A stretch of 64,000 nt of DNA from the human T2T-CHM13v2.0 reference genome, Homo sapiens: the NCBI RefSeq assembly GCF_009914755.1, contig NC_060932.1. The stretch is one strand, 5' to 3'. Numbering within the stretch: position 1 is the first letter of the stretch; every line of letters begins with the position of its first letter. The position numbers were made by a program, and so were the translations under genes. The notes below the pieces were generated by a model. The model was not told the DNA's origin and ran no database searches. It saw only the letters and a program-made list of their open reading frames with translations. Of the stretch, positions 49,801-64,000 are shown in pieces.

Positions 49801-52800
49801 TTCATCTCCCAAGGTTCGACAATGTCAATGAGAACAAATTCTTTCTTAACATTTTCTTGAAATGAATGTTCCTGCCTTCCTTTGAGAAGATACTCGTTAT
49901 GAGTCTTTAAAGACTAATCCATCTCCCTCTCTTCATTTTCCTTATCCCTGGTCTCTAGCACTCTCACAAAATATGTTCTGTCATTGTTGCTAGAAATATG
50001 AGAAGCCAGGTTAAGCTTTGTGTTTATAAATGAGGAGCCTTTCTGTGACTGCCTAAGGGCTGTACCCACAGGGAGAGGGTTTCCCCCCCTTCTAAGACCA
50101 CTCTAAGGGTTAAAGACTTGGCCAAGGTTCAAACTGAGAAGCGCCCAGGGAAAGTGCATGTGAATATGTACAAGTTTCATGTAATTAGTGCTTAATTATA
50201 TTAACATATGCAAATTGTCAACTTAGGAGCTTGTTGAGCTGGCAAAGATCAGCTAGGCACAATTGCAGTATTGTTCTGAAACAATAATGGATTTCAAGTT
50301 GGATTGTGGAAACACATAACTAGCTATCTAATTTAACTCATACCGTGGTGAAATTTCATTAGTCTCCATGGAGACTGGTTTAATTGTGCTGACTAATGTT
50401 CTGGGCTGCAGAATGTCCTAAAAAGAAAGCGTTGTTTGCCTAATCCACCTTACAATGACACTTGTTTGTACATGTTTCCCTTGTGTGAGAATTTGCATAT
50501 GCAAATAAATAGTTTCTCTGCCCCATTTGTCATGGCTGTTCATTACCCATGAAGAGGACATTGTTACTAGGCTGTTACTGAGTCTCCCAAGACGGGATAG
50601 TGTCAACCAGTCCAGCTACATTCTTTCATAATTTGTTTCTGATTAATAGACCAGAGTGAGTCTCATTCTTTTTGGGCATCTGTAAAAGGAAGGTCACTTC
50701 TGTCACAGAAAAGAGTTTCTGCAGTAACTGAAGGACTTTTTCTTCTTCTTATTCTCCCTTTTCCACCCATTGGTTAACATAATCATATTTAAAATAATGG
50801 ATTCTTGTTCTAAGAATGCCTCTACTAATAATCTCTGGTTTCCTAAAGCAAAAAGATAGGAAAAGAAAAGAGATTCTGTTATTGGAATATTAATCCTGTT
50901 TTTGACAGAAAGGTAAACTGATATAATTGCTTTTCAGTTGAAGGAATGGGGGTTTATACAAGTGTGAAAGCATCGGAAAAGGATTAGCATTTTTTTGCAT
51001 AATGAAAAGCTCTGTTGAATAGGGTCCTGAATGGCTGACTGAATGACTAAGATGAAAGGAAGATGAAAATGCAGGCTTCTCTTTCTTTATGTCTATGCTC
51101 CGCTCTCTCTAAAGTTATGTTTGTCCAAGACTTGAGAAAACAAGCAGGGGCTCAGATTTCAGCAACTTTATAAGATGCTGTGTTTTCATCATCATTGGGA
51201 CGTAATGTGTATGACAATAGTGCAGCTAGAAGATGATCAACAGAGGTTTGTATATAGAAGAGTTTCAGAAACATGCCAGGCTAGCCAAATATTGACTATT
51301 GGGTATCAGGAATTCCCAGCACTTTGCTGGCAAAAACAATTATTTTAGAAGAGCCAATAGTATGGTGTGGATATTTAATTCAGTTAATGATGGAATATAA
51401 GGTGCCTGTTTTTTTCCCCATAGGCTATAAATAACTATCTCGATTGGTGAAACACTTCACTTGGGAAAGAGTTGTGTAATCTGACTTTTGGCAATGTTAA
51501 GTGTTTTAAGTGGTCTATCAGCTTTTGTGGCTGGGAAGGGAGAGAAGAGGGTACTGATGTATTTTCTTAAGATTTAATTCATAAAGTTCTGAATGCAGTC
51601 TTCATGTTGCTTTGTAGGTGTATTGTGTATTTTATTTAGAGATAAGTCTTTTTAAAAGTGTCTAGGTATTATAAGTTCACTCTTGGAGACATTTGTAGTA
51701 GGGTCCCCTGTCACTAGTTAGGGATGTAACTGGTTATCAGTTGACAATGTGATCAACACTCTTAATGATGTTTCTTCAGCCAGCATTAGGACAGTTAAAA
51801 TACCATAAGTGTGAAGACTCTTTCAAAGATCGGAATTGGTTCTTTTGTACCTATGTAAATCAAATGCAGTGCAGATAATTATTTATATGTATACATTTTA
51901 AACAAGCTCTTTCTGGTTTGAGGTCACCACAAATGATCCACCGATGGCTGTCTCAGAACAAGGTTAGAAGATCTCATCAGATATTAACCCAACTTGTTTG
52001 TTGCTAGATTTTAGAACTTCCATTTGCCTCATCACTTTAGCAGTTTTGTTGTTGAGGTACTATTAAGATGGTTAGATGGAAACTTGGGAAATCACAAGTA
52101 TTTTTACATAAATTAATGTGTAAGGGTTGACTCTTGAGTACAGCATATTGTAAAGGAAAACTGTTTGATCTATGTTATATAGTCCCCCAAATTTTTTACT
52201 GGAGTCCTTTTTAAAATTTGTCAAGAAATTCTGGATTGTTTCAGAAACTTTTATGGTTAACTTTATGATATGCTTGAAAAAAGTCTTAAAAGAACAAAAA
52301 AATCCACATGGAGGCTATTCTTTTACATGCAGAAGGGCTTATTAAGGTATTTCCATAAGAAAATGTGTTAATTTAAAAAATAAATTCATTTATATTTTAA
52401 GACATTGTTAACCAGGCACCATGTGTTGTAACTGGCAGTTTTCCAGCCACCATGGAAGTGGATCACACATGGGTTAATAGTAGCTTATGTGATGTCTGCA
52501 TTCTTAGGAAATGGGCAAAAGCCCAGGGTATTCTGATATCAAGATTTTAGAAATCAGACAGAAAGCAGAATATGTGTTTATATGTGAACAGATGGACACA
52601 TGTGAGAACTAAAAGTGCACAATTTCTCTTGGCACTTGTTTTAGTTATCCCTGATGATATAACCAAGATCTTAGTGCACTCACAGTCTTTGATGGCTAAA
52701 GACGAAATGGGCTTTTAATGAGGGCTCGATGGCATTATATTCTTGCATAAGGATTGTGCCCCTTGTGATCTTGCTGGACTTGATGTTCTGTTAATTCCCT

Positions 52801-54799
52801 AGTTTCAGAGGTTCACAAGTTGCCTTGAAAGTTTGATATGGTTTCATATTTGACATACAATCCTCAGTCCAAGAATGGCTGCTCTCTAGTCTCCCTTTCT
52901 TTTAAAGGTTTGTGAATAGAATCAAATATTTGCCACTTTAAGGCATATTTGAGTTTATGCACTGGACTTAAAAATGGCTTTGGCACTAAAGTCATATTTA
53001 GTAAGCAGCTTATCTCTAATATAATTAACCACTTTAACATTCTAGAGACTGGATAAAATAAACAAATACGATTTAAGAATTTGGGCAGACTGACTTAGTT
53101 AATACATCATAATGTCCTGATGGTCCAAGAAAAGTTGTGAGGACGTGTTTTGGTCACTCAGGTTAGCGGTTCACACACCAGCATCATCATTCAGATAATA
53201 GATCATTTCTAATGTTTGTCTGACTTGAGGACACAACAGTGCTCAGATGATAATTACTGAATGGTATGCACTGTAGGACATACCTCTAAAGACAACATTT
53301 ATAGGTTTCATTGTGTTCTAGCTATAAAAAAGAAATCACTCTGCAAATATTTACTCAGGTCTAAATCATTTTAACCAGGGAAAATTGACTTTCAGGTTAA
53401 AATATGCATTTTATAACTGCCCATAAAATTCTTTTCCTTCACTGTAAAGAAGAAAGGAAATCCATAGTTCTAACAATGTTAAAATACAAAAACATATGAG
53501 CTGGTGTATGCCACCTGGTTATATTGTTAAAAACAAAATGAAACATAACTTCTTAAGAGGGAAGTTTTTGAGGAATCTTAAAGTTTGTCTGCTTGGAAGA
53601 ATAGGTTGAAAAAGACCAATCATTTTTACATTTCCCATGGTATTTTCATTAAACCTGAAATACTTTGCTAATGTGGATTTTCAAAAATATAGTGCTTAGT
53701 AGTTTTTAAAATACCATAAATTTTGGAATAATGCAATTAATACTTAAGATTTCCTGAGCCCATTAATTGAAAATTAGAATTAATCATCTCTTTTGGTTTA
53801 GTGGATACAACTGTGTTTCATCATCCCTAACACTCCTACATTCCTATTCAGTAGAGTATATACAGACAGACACACACACACACATACACACACGTCTACC
53901 CTCTTTCCATGTTAGGCCTCTCTTTCCTCTTTAGATGCATTCCTAGTGGTAGCTTGTGAAGTTTTCCCTTCATAGGCTAAACTTCTTTCATCTTCTAAGA
54001 ATTGGCCAATATAATCTCAACAGAAAAGAGCAACTAGGATGGTAAGGCAACTAGAAATTACCAAAATGCCAGAGCCTGGGAAGTGGCCTTACGATCATTC
54101 AGTTCAATTAACTCATTTTAAAATATGGGCTATTGAATTAAAGAGAGTTATCTTTGATTACCCAGCAAGGCAGGAAAATGTTGAGACAAGAATTCACATA
54201 TTCTAACTCTAGGACCAGTGGTCACTCAACTGTATTGGCTATTTGAAAAAGGCTTGTTGAATGAATGAATATGAAGGTTGTGGAGATGGTGAAGAGTTGG
54301 AAGGAAAAATGTGCATGATAACCTGTCTTCTCTGAGAGAGTGAGCTCTCTGTTATCGACAGGAGACAAGTAGAATCTGGATGGCCTCTTGTTATTGTGAC
54401 TGTTAAACATATTTTTGTGTTAAGTAGGAGGTAGATTAGGTGCTCCAAATGGACAAGAAGAGCCTATGATTCATAAAAATACTGATGATTTCAGTGACTT
54501 AAAGTGTATTTATCATAATCATAAACATGGTGTGAACAAGAACAACACTTCAATTCCGTGTAAGGAAAGGATATGAAGTCAAGGCTGTGATGTTTTGGAG
54601 GCAGCATAATGTACAGAAAGAATAACACCTAGTTAAGACCAGACATTTTTTGATTCTGCGTACTTTGGTTTCTTTTTTCTTTTTAAATGATATTATTTAA
54701 ACGACATTATTTAAGCTTACATTTTAGGTATTTTAACACCTACTACATTTGTTGGCAACCCAATGCTTAATAGGAATCTTATTCAACCTATAAGATACC

Positions 54800-54925
54800 T
54801 GGATTACATTTCTGTTATGGGTGCCCTTGTCCAAGTTACTTAATCTTCCTGAGCCTCAGTTTTCTCATCTGTATATCAGGGTTGCTGCAGAGATTACATA
54901 AGATAAAGTGTTGTGAACATTAAAA
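54800..54925. mobile_element. MIR fragment
   Basis: 'caagttacttaatcttcctgagcctcagttttctcatctgta' MIR core. Confidence 0.7.
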
Positions 54926-56199
54926 TAAGTGATTGTGGGCAGGACCTGATAACTGATCCGTATGTTCCTTTTTTGTTTTTTCCCAATGGTTGTTTCAAAG
55001 TCATGATCAACTAAAGAGCATTTGGTAAAGCAAGTCTACACAGATATTTTGAGTAGAGTTTCCCCTCTCTCCTACAAGAAAAAGATATGAATTTGGCAAT
55101 GGATATGTCTAAGAGGTGGGGGAAAGGAGTAGTATCCTTCTTTTGATATTTTCTTACTGACAGGTACCTAAATGGCATCTAGGTTGACAGGTGGATGCTC
55201 CTCCACATCTTTATCTGCCACTCCATCACTACAAGCTGGTTTGGTCCTAAGGGGCTTCTGGGTATTTAATGCATTTCTGAATCTTCATTTTTTTTTAAGA
55301 AGCAAATTAGGACAGAAACAGTTTTTCAATAATTCAGACCTTAGTCTATCCACATGAACTCAAGATTCCAGACACTCCATTAAATACAATAATAGAAATG
55401 ACCATAATGCTTATTTCAGTCTTGAAGTTGAAAGCCTCTGTTTGAAAGTCGCTGAATTAGAGGATTTTCCAAAACTGGATTATGTACTTGCTATTAATGA
55501 TATTATATACTTGATATTAGTGACATTTTCATATGCCAAGAAAGGAGAATGGATACTGTTACGTGGTATCCTGTTGACCAAAATTTATACCAACCTAGAG
55601 AAGAGATCCAGTTATTAATAATTCAATAACATTATGAAACCTTAAATTTTCTTAGGTTATTTTACAGCCAACTTATGGGTCTCCACCTGGTTTATCTCTT
55701 AGGGAATCACAGTCCTTTATTGTTCTATAATAATGCATTATTCTGGAGGACTACCCAAGTTCAAAGATGGTAAATTCATGATGAGTTAATGTATATAAAT
55801 ACAATTTTTTGAACCACCTGGAAATGAAAGTTCTGTTTTTTTAATCTGTTTATTTTTAATACATTTTTCATTGCGATACATGTAAGATACACATTTAAAA
55901 TTATTGTTTATAATTTTATGGGAAATCTAAGTGCATTTGGATTATAATTTTCCAATTTTGTGTTTGATTATTGTTTAATATTTATATATGTTTGGTTCAT
56001 AACACTTGTTAAAGTACTTCTTAAAAATAAAAGTGTGTGCATGGCCTATGTTCTGGTCATTTATAAAAGGCCCTGGACTTGACATTTCATTTGAAGCACA
56101 TTTATTTAAGACAAAGCATTTTTTAATATTAATCAATATAAGGATATAATTCATGTAGAGAAAGCAATTAGCATCTTAACATTTTTCATGATGCTTGTT

Positions 56200-56350
56200 T
56201 AAGTGTCTCCTCAAATAAAACTGCAGCCTCCATGAGGGTAGCACCCACTTCTGTTTAAACACTATATCCACAGTGATGGACATACTATTGGCAAATCTTT
56301 GGTGCTTAATAAATACCTGTTGAATGAGTGAATGGATAAATGAATGATAA
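56200..56350 (+). mobile_element. L2 3' end
   Basis: 'ctccatgaggg...gtgcttaataaatacctgttgaatgagtgaatgg...tgaatga'. Confidence 0.65.
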
Positions 56351-57791
56351 TTAAAAACATAAATAGAAAACTTCAGTTTACTGTACTACTGGAATCTGCC
56401 TTTCCTCTTGAAATCTAGGTACTGAAAAAAAAATCACCTTAAAAACAGCTGGACTTGTCTTGGGAAATTCCACAGGGAACACTATCTTACAGAGAAATCT
56501 AAATGGCTTTTTATATTAGAACCATAGATTGTTGCAGTCAGAAGGGATATAGCACAATCCCCTTGTTTAACCAATACGGAAACCAAAGCTCATGGAAATT
56601 CCTGGGAAACATCACATAACTACAGAGTGCAGCTGAAGAAATTGAGTGTGTATGTGTGCGTGTGTGTGTATGTGTGTGTGCCCTCTTCAGTTTAGTTGGC
56701 TTAGCTTCTCCCTATCCAAAAATTCTATAATATTAATATGAGAATAATTTGTTATGCTTACGCTGGAGATTATTTTTATTTGTGAGCAAAGAAAGGTTTT
56801 AGTTGTTACAATTCCTGTGCTGACTGCTCTGGGATTGTAAAGGTAAACTGTTAGAGATAGGACCACAATTGCCTGAAAGGTGAAAGCTTGCAGGAAAAAT
56901 AGGGTGGGTCATTTAGTTCTTGAAATGAAGGAGGGTGCAGATTAGGAATCATTATGGCTTGCCAGAAGTTGCTGGTCATAGAAGTCTGTTTAAGTGCTCA
57001 CTGTCAACAAGGAAATCATGGGCAGCACTTGAAGTGGCTCACCTCTGATTTATTCATAAACCTTACACGAGCACTTGGCTTTGTTCTTACTCTAGTAAGG
57101 CGGTCTGATGCCAATAAGAACAGGAATAAAGAGCTCCTTGCATGGTCCAAGACTGAATAGCACTTTACCTCAAAGCCTGACCTCTTTTCTAGAAGTCTGT
57201 TATGCTAGAGTTGACTCTGATTGGCTGTGGCTCCTCAGATGAATTGAGAGAAGAGGTTATAACAAGTATCTACTCTGTAAACTCTATCGTGTACATAACA
57301 AGAACGATGTGACTGGAACTTGGGTTCTAACATAACCTAAAGGTTGCCATGTTTATGCTAAATGTTAAGGCTCTCCTTTTGAGAGAGCTTAAAAGTTTCA
57401 CATTTAATCATAGTTTGGAAGGAAACTATTGCCTCTTTCTAATTGAAGAATACAATGATCTCAAAGTGGAATTGTTTTTGATAATCCCTTCCCCGACTAA
57501 AGTGAATGTAAAGAGATTTAGTAACATAGGAAATGAAGGGTTTGAGAATAAAATAGGTGCTACCCTGTGATAAAGACAAGCAAATCGGTTGGCCTGCCAA
57601 TTGGTAAGCCATATTTTCTGAGAAGCTTCATTTGTGCCACTTCACAAATTATGCTCTGCTGCAGATGCCCATGTTGAACGGAAGGGACCTTTAAGAGACA
57701 GTCAGCCGGCTGGTTTGCACTGGGGCAGAGGTTGAGTAGAGTTACTTAAATCCCCAGAGCATCATTTAGTTAATGTTAGTCTTTTTTTTTT

Positions 57792-57866
57792 CCCTCCTCC
57801 TGCACCCGCCCCCCACCCTCCGCCCCCTGCTCCCGCCCCCGCCTCTGCCCCCGCCCCCGCCCCACC
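57792..57866. repeat. C-rich low-complexity tract, (CCCCG)n-like
   Basis: Direct reading. Confidence 0.85.
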
Positions 57867-60800
57867 ATCCTGTCCACTCAGGCTTCCCTTTTCTTCTTTT
57901 GATGAAGTTGATCTCTTATTACTTACAGTGCATATATTCACAAAAATTTTTCCTCAGATTTTCGCAACACATTACATGAACCCAGAAGAGCCATATTAGG
58001 AGATGGCGATGAGAGTTAATGATATATTTTTAGATAAAGCCATCCTCCCGTGCAATCACATCAGAGTCATCAGCTCATTTGTCATGGCTGAAGTGAAAAT
58101 GTCAGGACCAATGAGTGTATGAGTGCTGAAGGGGGCGAAAGGGCTTTTGGAGAGAGACATTTTTGTGCTGGGAGTCGGTCATGGCTTAGATTTAGCTCCA
58201 GGGAAATATTGGGATTAGCCAACACTGTGTACAAATCCTTAGCACAACAGAATTAGTTGGGAAAATGGGGAGGTGGGGGTCATGAGGATAGGCACATTTC
58301 TGGAGACATTCTCCAGGCTACAGGCCAGAAACTATGGAAAAGAATGAGGTCATTTATAAAATTATTTTAAGGGATATGTTGTATGCAGGTTCATCAATTT
58401 CAAAACTGAAGTCATAGGTTTGAATGGTGTCAAGGAAGACCTGCATGATGTACCACTAAATACGCATATATGGCCTCTGTTTTAAATTTAGCTGCATGAA
58501 AAGAATTTCAATCTTAACATCCATTTGAAAAGTTTTCAGAAAGATAATATTGGAGTACACAAAGATAACATCCAGGCATAAAGTACTTTTGACATTATGG
58601 TAGAATGGAAGTTAACACTTAATTTAAATAACAGTAATTATGACGAAATACTTGTTGCATTGTTGAATTTACACAAAACCAAGAAGCTAAACTTTCTTTA
58701 CAGAGACTTCATTCTGAAACTTTAATTGAAAAGCAAGTTATTTTCTTTAGCTGCAGAAGTTCTTATCTTTGATAGACCAATACTAGCAGATTTATTTCAT
58801 TTTAGGTCCAGTTAACTGTTCTCTTTCAGATAATGTACCCATACAATCTTTTCTTGTTTAATTCTATTGATTTACAGTGTTAAAGTGAAATAATCTGATA
58901 CCTGTTTCCTGCCCTTTGAGTATTTGTCGTCAAAGAGGCTGATTAGTTTTTTCCCCCAGCTCTTTAACTGTTTTAAATGTATAATTATCATTGCATGTCA
59001 TTTGATAGCTGCACTAATTGCTGCCAACTATTGTCTGTTTGCACTTAATGCTGAAACCTGATCAACATCCTGCTTTGGTTGATGTTTGGTGGTAAACTTT
59101 AATTAACTCTTATTGCATTGAAGAAGAGTTCAAGCTTGGTGCTAACTAATCATTTACCTTCATTATGTCCTGACAGCTCCACTTGTTCTTGGTCCTAATA
59201 GATACACCAGTCAGTAAATAAACCTGCAAACCTCATGACTTGTAGTTTCTCCACACTGATATTTTGCTACTTAAAGTATAAGATAATTGGGCCCAGATAA
59301 TTATTTAGTTAGTTTAGTATCTCTAGTTCTGTAGACACTAATCTTAAATTGCTTATTTCATGCTGGACAATTTCATTTTAATAGAAACTGTAGATTTGAG
59401 ATAACATTATTTCTTCAACATGGTTCCTCTGAACATGCATCTTTTGAATCAATACAATTAAGCTTGTCTCCTGTTGGAATTCTTGTAATTATTTTTCCTG
59501 AGATACTTTTCCTGTAATGATATTGAAGTTAAAGTAATCAGGTTACCAGCAGATCATGTAAAATTCAACTCAGAATTGCTGGCTGCTTGATTTTAATTAG
59601 TCTGACATCAAGTTTGTTTGAAAAGGGATAATATGTGGGTAAACCAAGGAGCTTATAATTATGGTTGACGGTTGTTTATAATGAAATCTAATTAAAGTTC
59701 ATATATTTAAAACACAAAAGCTAATTACTGAATTGCTCACTTCACTGATGGGCAGCAGTCAAATTTACTTTCAGGCCAAAAAAAAAAAAAAAACTCAAAT
59801 AAAAATCCCCAAACAAAAGGCTCTTCATAATAGCAATAAAATAACAACTAATCTCAGAAATCAAACATAAGTTTGCCAATATTTCATCTAGAAGAAAACT
59901 TGTCATTCTACTTATGTTCTCTATTATGCTAGTCCTAATGTGGTTTTTAATATAAAGTTATTTAAAATATTTACATGGAATGTAAAAAGACACTTGTATT
60001 TGGTAGAGTCTAAGAGTATTATATAGTAAGATGCACTTGGTAGTGATTTAAAGAATTTATGCATATAACTTTCTTGAGTGAAACTATTTGAAATCATATA
60101 AAATTATTGAAATCATTGCTCAAGAAATAGGAATGTTTGCTGGTGTACTTGACTTGTGATTGATTTTATGTAGATAATTATGGTAGGTTTAGCCTGCAAG
60201 AAATGATTTTTTAAAAATATGTACCTACGCTATTATACTTAGTTATAGTGGTTATGAGATCATATTGGTAGCAATTGTGAAATAGAAATAATTATACAAT
60301 TGTTTTTTCTTTGAAATATTTGGTTGTCAGTAGTTCAATAATCAATTTCATATATGAATAGACAAAGGAGAAAAAATATAGACGCATGTTAAAATATACC
60401 GTCTTTACATTGTCTTTCATATGTCTTTACATATGAAATAAATTGTATGTGCACTGGTTTTTACTAGTTCGGTATATCTATTTTTGAAGCCAAATATTCT
60501 ACAGTTATATATAACTTAATAAAACCAATTAAGATTAATTTTTTAAATGTTCTTATGTGATAACTTAAAAGGTTATCAACTACGCACTCTTAGATATGCA
60601 TATGCCAGAGAGATTAGTCAGTTACATCTTAAAGACTAGCAATATAACATATGAAAAACATGGTAACTATGATTTATAAATTCCAAAAATGATCGATGCG
60701 GTTCATGTTTTTCCAAGGAAAACTACAGTGTTCTGTGTTAAAGCTTCATGTTTAGCAGTGTAATTTACTTGAACTTTCAGATATGGTAGAAATTGAGGGA

Positions 60801-63800
60801 GGGGGTCTGTGAAAGAAAAATAATTCTGTCCATTATTGAGATGCCTGTAAATGTAAGTGTAATTTACACAACCTTTCCATAACTTCAGGGTATATTTATA
60901 TGCATTTTATCATAGTACCTGATTGATTTATGGATTAATATTTTTTTAGGGAAGAAAAATTAAAAGGATCATATAGTCATTTAACTCTAATCCTACTTTG
61001 CATAGATGAGCCAAAGAGGAGATGATTAATGCTGAAGTATGGCTGGGTCACTGGCATTTGGAAGTACCTTTTTCCTCAATAAAGACAGGAAAAAAAAGTC
61101 AGTATATTCTCAGTATTGGCAAACAACAGCTTTCTAGTAATACTTTAGCTGATTAGGAAATCCTTAACCTTTAATGAAGCAATCACTACAAAGCCTTAAT
61201 GTCAGCTGGAATACTAGCAAAACAGTATCAAAGAAAGACTCAGAAAGAGGCACTGAACATAATTACAGTTCATGTCCTTGTCTCACACCAATGCAAACTA
61301 TTCATTTTCAATTAGAATGAATAAGAAAATTAGAAATCAACTAGATTGGTTGCAAGTACCAAAGTTTGTTTATAGAGGGTAGCTAAATTATTGGGTCCAT
61401 CTTGCACACTGATTATAAAATTTTCCTGAAGCAAACAAATAAAATGAGTCATATAATAGTGTAATTTTGTTAAGGAGAGATTATTGATTCCTCTCTAAGG
61501 AAAGTAGCTGGAGTTTGATTAAAGTTTTGAAGAAAACTGAGTAAAATTCCTATTTCCCACAACTATTCAAATTTAGAACTATTGGACTCATTGGTAAAGT
61601 GCACCTTTTCTCCTTAGCTCTTCATCACATATGTTTAATGCTATGTAATAGTTATATACAGTCTATGCAGATTTAGTGATGTGAGAGAGAATGAGGGAAA
61701 TGAGGGTGGGAAGAGAGGAAGAGAAAGAAAAGAATGAGAGAGGGAGAAGAAGACTATCAATCACAGGGTCCCATTTACAGAGAAGAAAACAAATCTTCTT
61801 TGACTAGCTAACAGATTTTAATGAGAAAAATGAGAGGAAAACAGAGAAAAACGACTTAGTTGGCTCACATACTCATACTTGTCTTTGTAAATTTTCTCTA
61901 CTTAAAAAATGTGCCTGTTTTAAATGCTGAATATATTTGGTTACATCCTTCTATTCAAACTTAATTACCTTCTCCCCTTTGTCGTGACATGGGTGGAAAG
62001 TTTTTGCCGTGTCAGGAGAGGTCGTCACACATTCTTTTGCAGTTCTCTTCATTAATTCCTTCTTGCAGAAGCATTTTCTCTCGTGCTGGGAAGGTAGGAG
62101 GGTGTAACAGAAGAGCCCTGAAACATCAGCAGGAAGCTCTAAGCTGGTTAATGCAGTATAATTGTCTGGACATAGACTGGTCTTTGTTTGTGTGGTTCAC
62201 TCCGAATCAGCTGTAATTAACTCCAGAGTGTTTCCAGATTGCCAGCAAAGAAAAATTACAGCTTTTCTGTTTTAAATTGTAAAGCTCACAAACATTAACT
62301 ACGCAGATTGCATTTACTTTGATATATTTCTATCTTACAAGTAAAAAAGCTTGTTTGGCTACCCAACCCCCACCTCTAAAAATGTGCTTTTGTTAAGTTA
62401 TTTGATTTAGTGTCTATTGGAACATAATGACTCCTTAATAGTTGGATTTGAAACCTTTTCACTTAATATTTTCTATCCCTTTACATCCTTGCATTTGCTG
62501 TCCTTCTTGCTAATGTTTTTAATACTGCAGTGGGGAAAAAGTTACACAATCTTTCATGAAATACTCCACATACACCAAAATAAGCAAATAGCAGAGTAAG
62601 GTGAATTAAAGAGAAACACTAGCACCAACTTAAGACTGAGATCAAAGATGTATCTGACGTAACTGGTACTTCCACACAGGTATTTACCTGCGTTATGATA
62701 TATCAAAAGAGAGACTGAGAAACAGGCAATTCCCCTACCCTCTTCTCTTGGTTAGCACACCACACCCTTTTAAAAGCTTCTGTACAGTAGTTTATAATTA
62801 TGAATTCCAACTTGGGTAAAAGTGAGGTAGCGATAGTGGTGTGAACTAATACAGCCTTGTACACAAAAGATTTGTCAGCAACTGATGCAAAAAAAAAAAA
62901 AAAAAGTCCAGCCAAAATTCTTTTTTTTTCTTTCTTCTGAATTTAACAATAAGGAATTTAAGCCTCAATGTGGCTTTAGCAACCAAAGAAAAGAAGCTCT
63001 TGGTGTCTGCATAATACCACTTTGATGGATTTTTTTCATCAGTTCTCTGTACGTGGCAACAAATAAACAAGTATAATTATACTTGTGAAGGTCTATTCAT
63101 TGCTTTGTCAGGATTAGATATATGTGCCGTTTTCACACTGCGCCTCTCTTTTGTCTTTGCCTAACTCACTATGACATATTGATAGAGGATTTGGAATGGG
63201 GAAAAGGCCACAGCAGAGACAGTGATGACCTTTTGGAAACTTGATATAATTCAAGGATTTTTATTTATTTTCTATTTTTTTTAAATTCGTAACTAGTTAC
63301 CAAATTATCATGTAAGTGGACAACTTTTAACCCATGTAAAATGGAGTAAATAAAGACTCAAAGTGTTATGAGATGGCTAAAGGGCAGATGAGAATAAAAA
63401 CAATAGGCTAAGGAGCCCACTGGTCTTCTTTCCCAGCACTTAGCAGAGTGGCTAACCTAGCATTCCTTTCCCATTATTCTTTCCTCTTGATCAGATCACG
63501 TTCTTTTTAATCATTTCACAAACACTGTCTCACTGGACCGTAGAAGAGGGCTGGGACAATCTCAATTAAAAAACAGAGGTAAAACTGGCCTCTCTGATTT
63601 TGGGTTCTAATGGGAACTCTGCTTTCTGAATGCAAAGGAATTCTTCTATTGTTCAGAAAGCACCCCCTTTCATTAGTCAGGCTCCTTGTAGGTGGGTTTG
63701 GTCATTTAGCAGAGCAGAGTTTAGGCATCAGTGACTTCAGACGAAAGCAAAGCAGAATGAGTAATAAAAGTTCTTTTCTGCATATTGTCCATTAGTTCTG

Positions 63801-64000
63801 AAAAAGAGATTTGACATGATCAAAGTCACTGATCTTGTGAATTACTGAGAATACCAAAAAATGTGTATGTGCACATATTCTAAGCAGACCAGCAGGTATG
63901 TATTGCTCTGAATTTAGCATTAAAACTATGTTAGGTTTTCTCTTCGGGATTTCTTGAGGACTTTGGTGATTTTACAAACAGAATGTCTGGCAGTAGGGAA

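Larger units (their letters stand above)
44766..64000 (+). other. First intron (continues beyond the window)
   Basis: GT donor at 44766; no ORF with recognisable homology downstream. Confidence 0.55.

Noticed and set aside
57773-57979. Polyproline ORF
   Set aside because: Translation of the C-rich tract; no supporting exon structure.

Overview
Primate (almost certainly human) genomic DNA with no intact protein-coding exon, in two very different parts. 1-25 kb is a dense nest of decayed transposons. An old L1M is interrupted by an L1PA 3' end, an AluJ and a ~10 kb L1MA. That L1MA is itself interrupted by MST LTRs, a MER11 solo LTR, an antisense L1PA piece and a mitochondrial insertion (NUMT: 12S end, tRNA-Val, 16S start) fused to a perfect 12.5 x 28-bp palindromic minisatellite. 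25-64 kb is AT-rich and almost free of transposons, with a CpG-island cluster (36-47 kb), a non-coding first exon (~44.39-44.77 kb, + strand) and a long intron containing enhancer-like motif clusters. The layout matches my recollection of the ZFHX4 / ZFHX4-AS1 5' region; this is recall, not verified. The most notable observations are the NUMT-born hairpin minisatellite and a templated insertion at 16.8 kb that copies 31 bp from 3.7 kb away. I see no evidence of a new protein-coding system.
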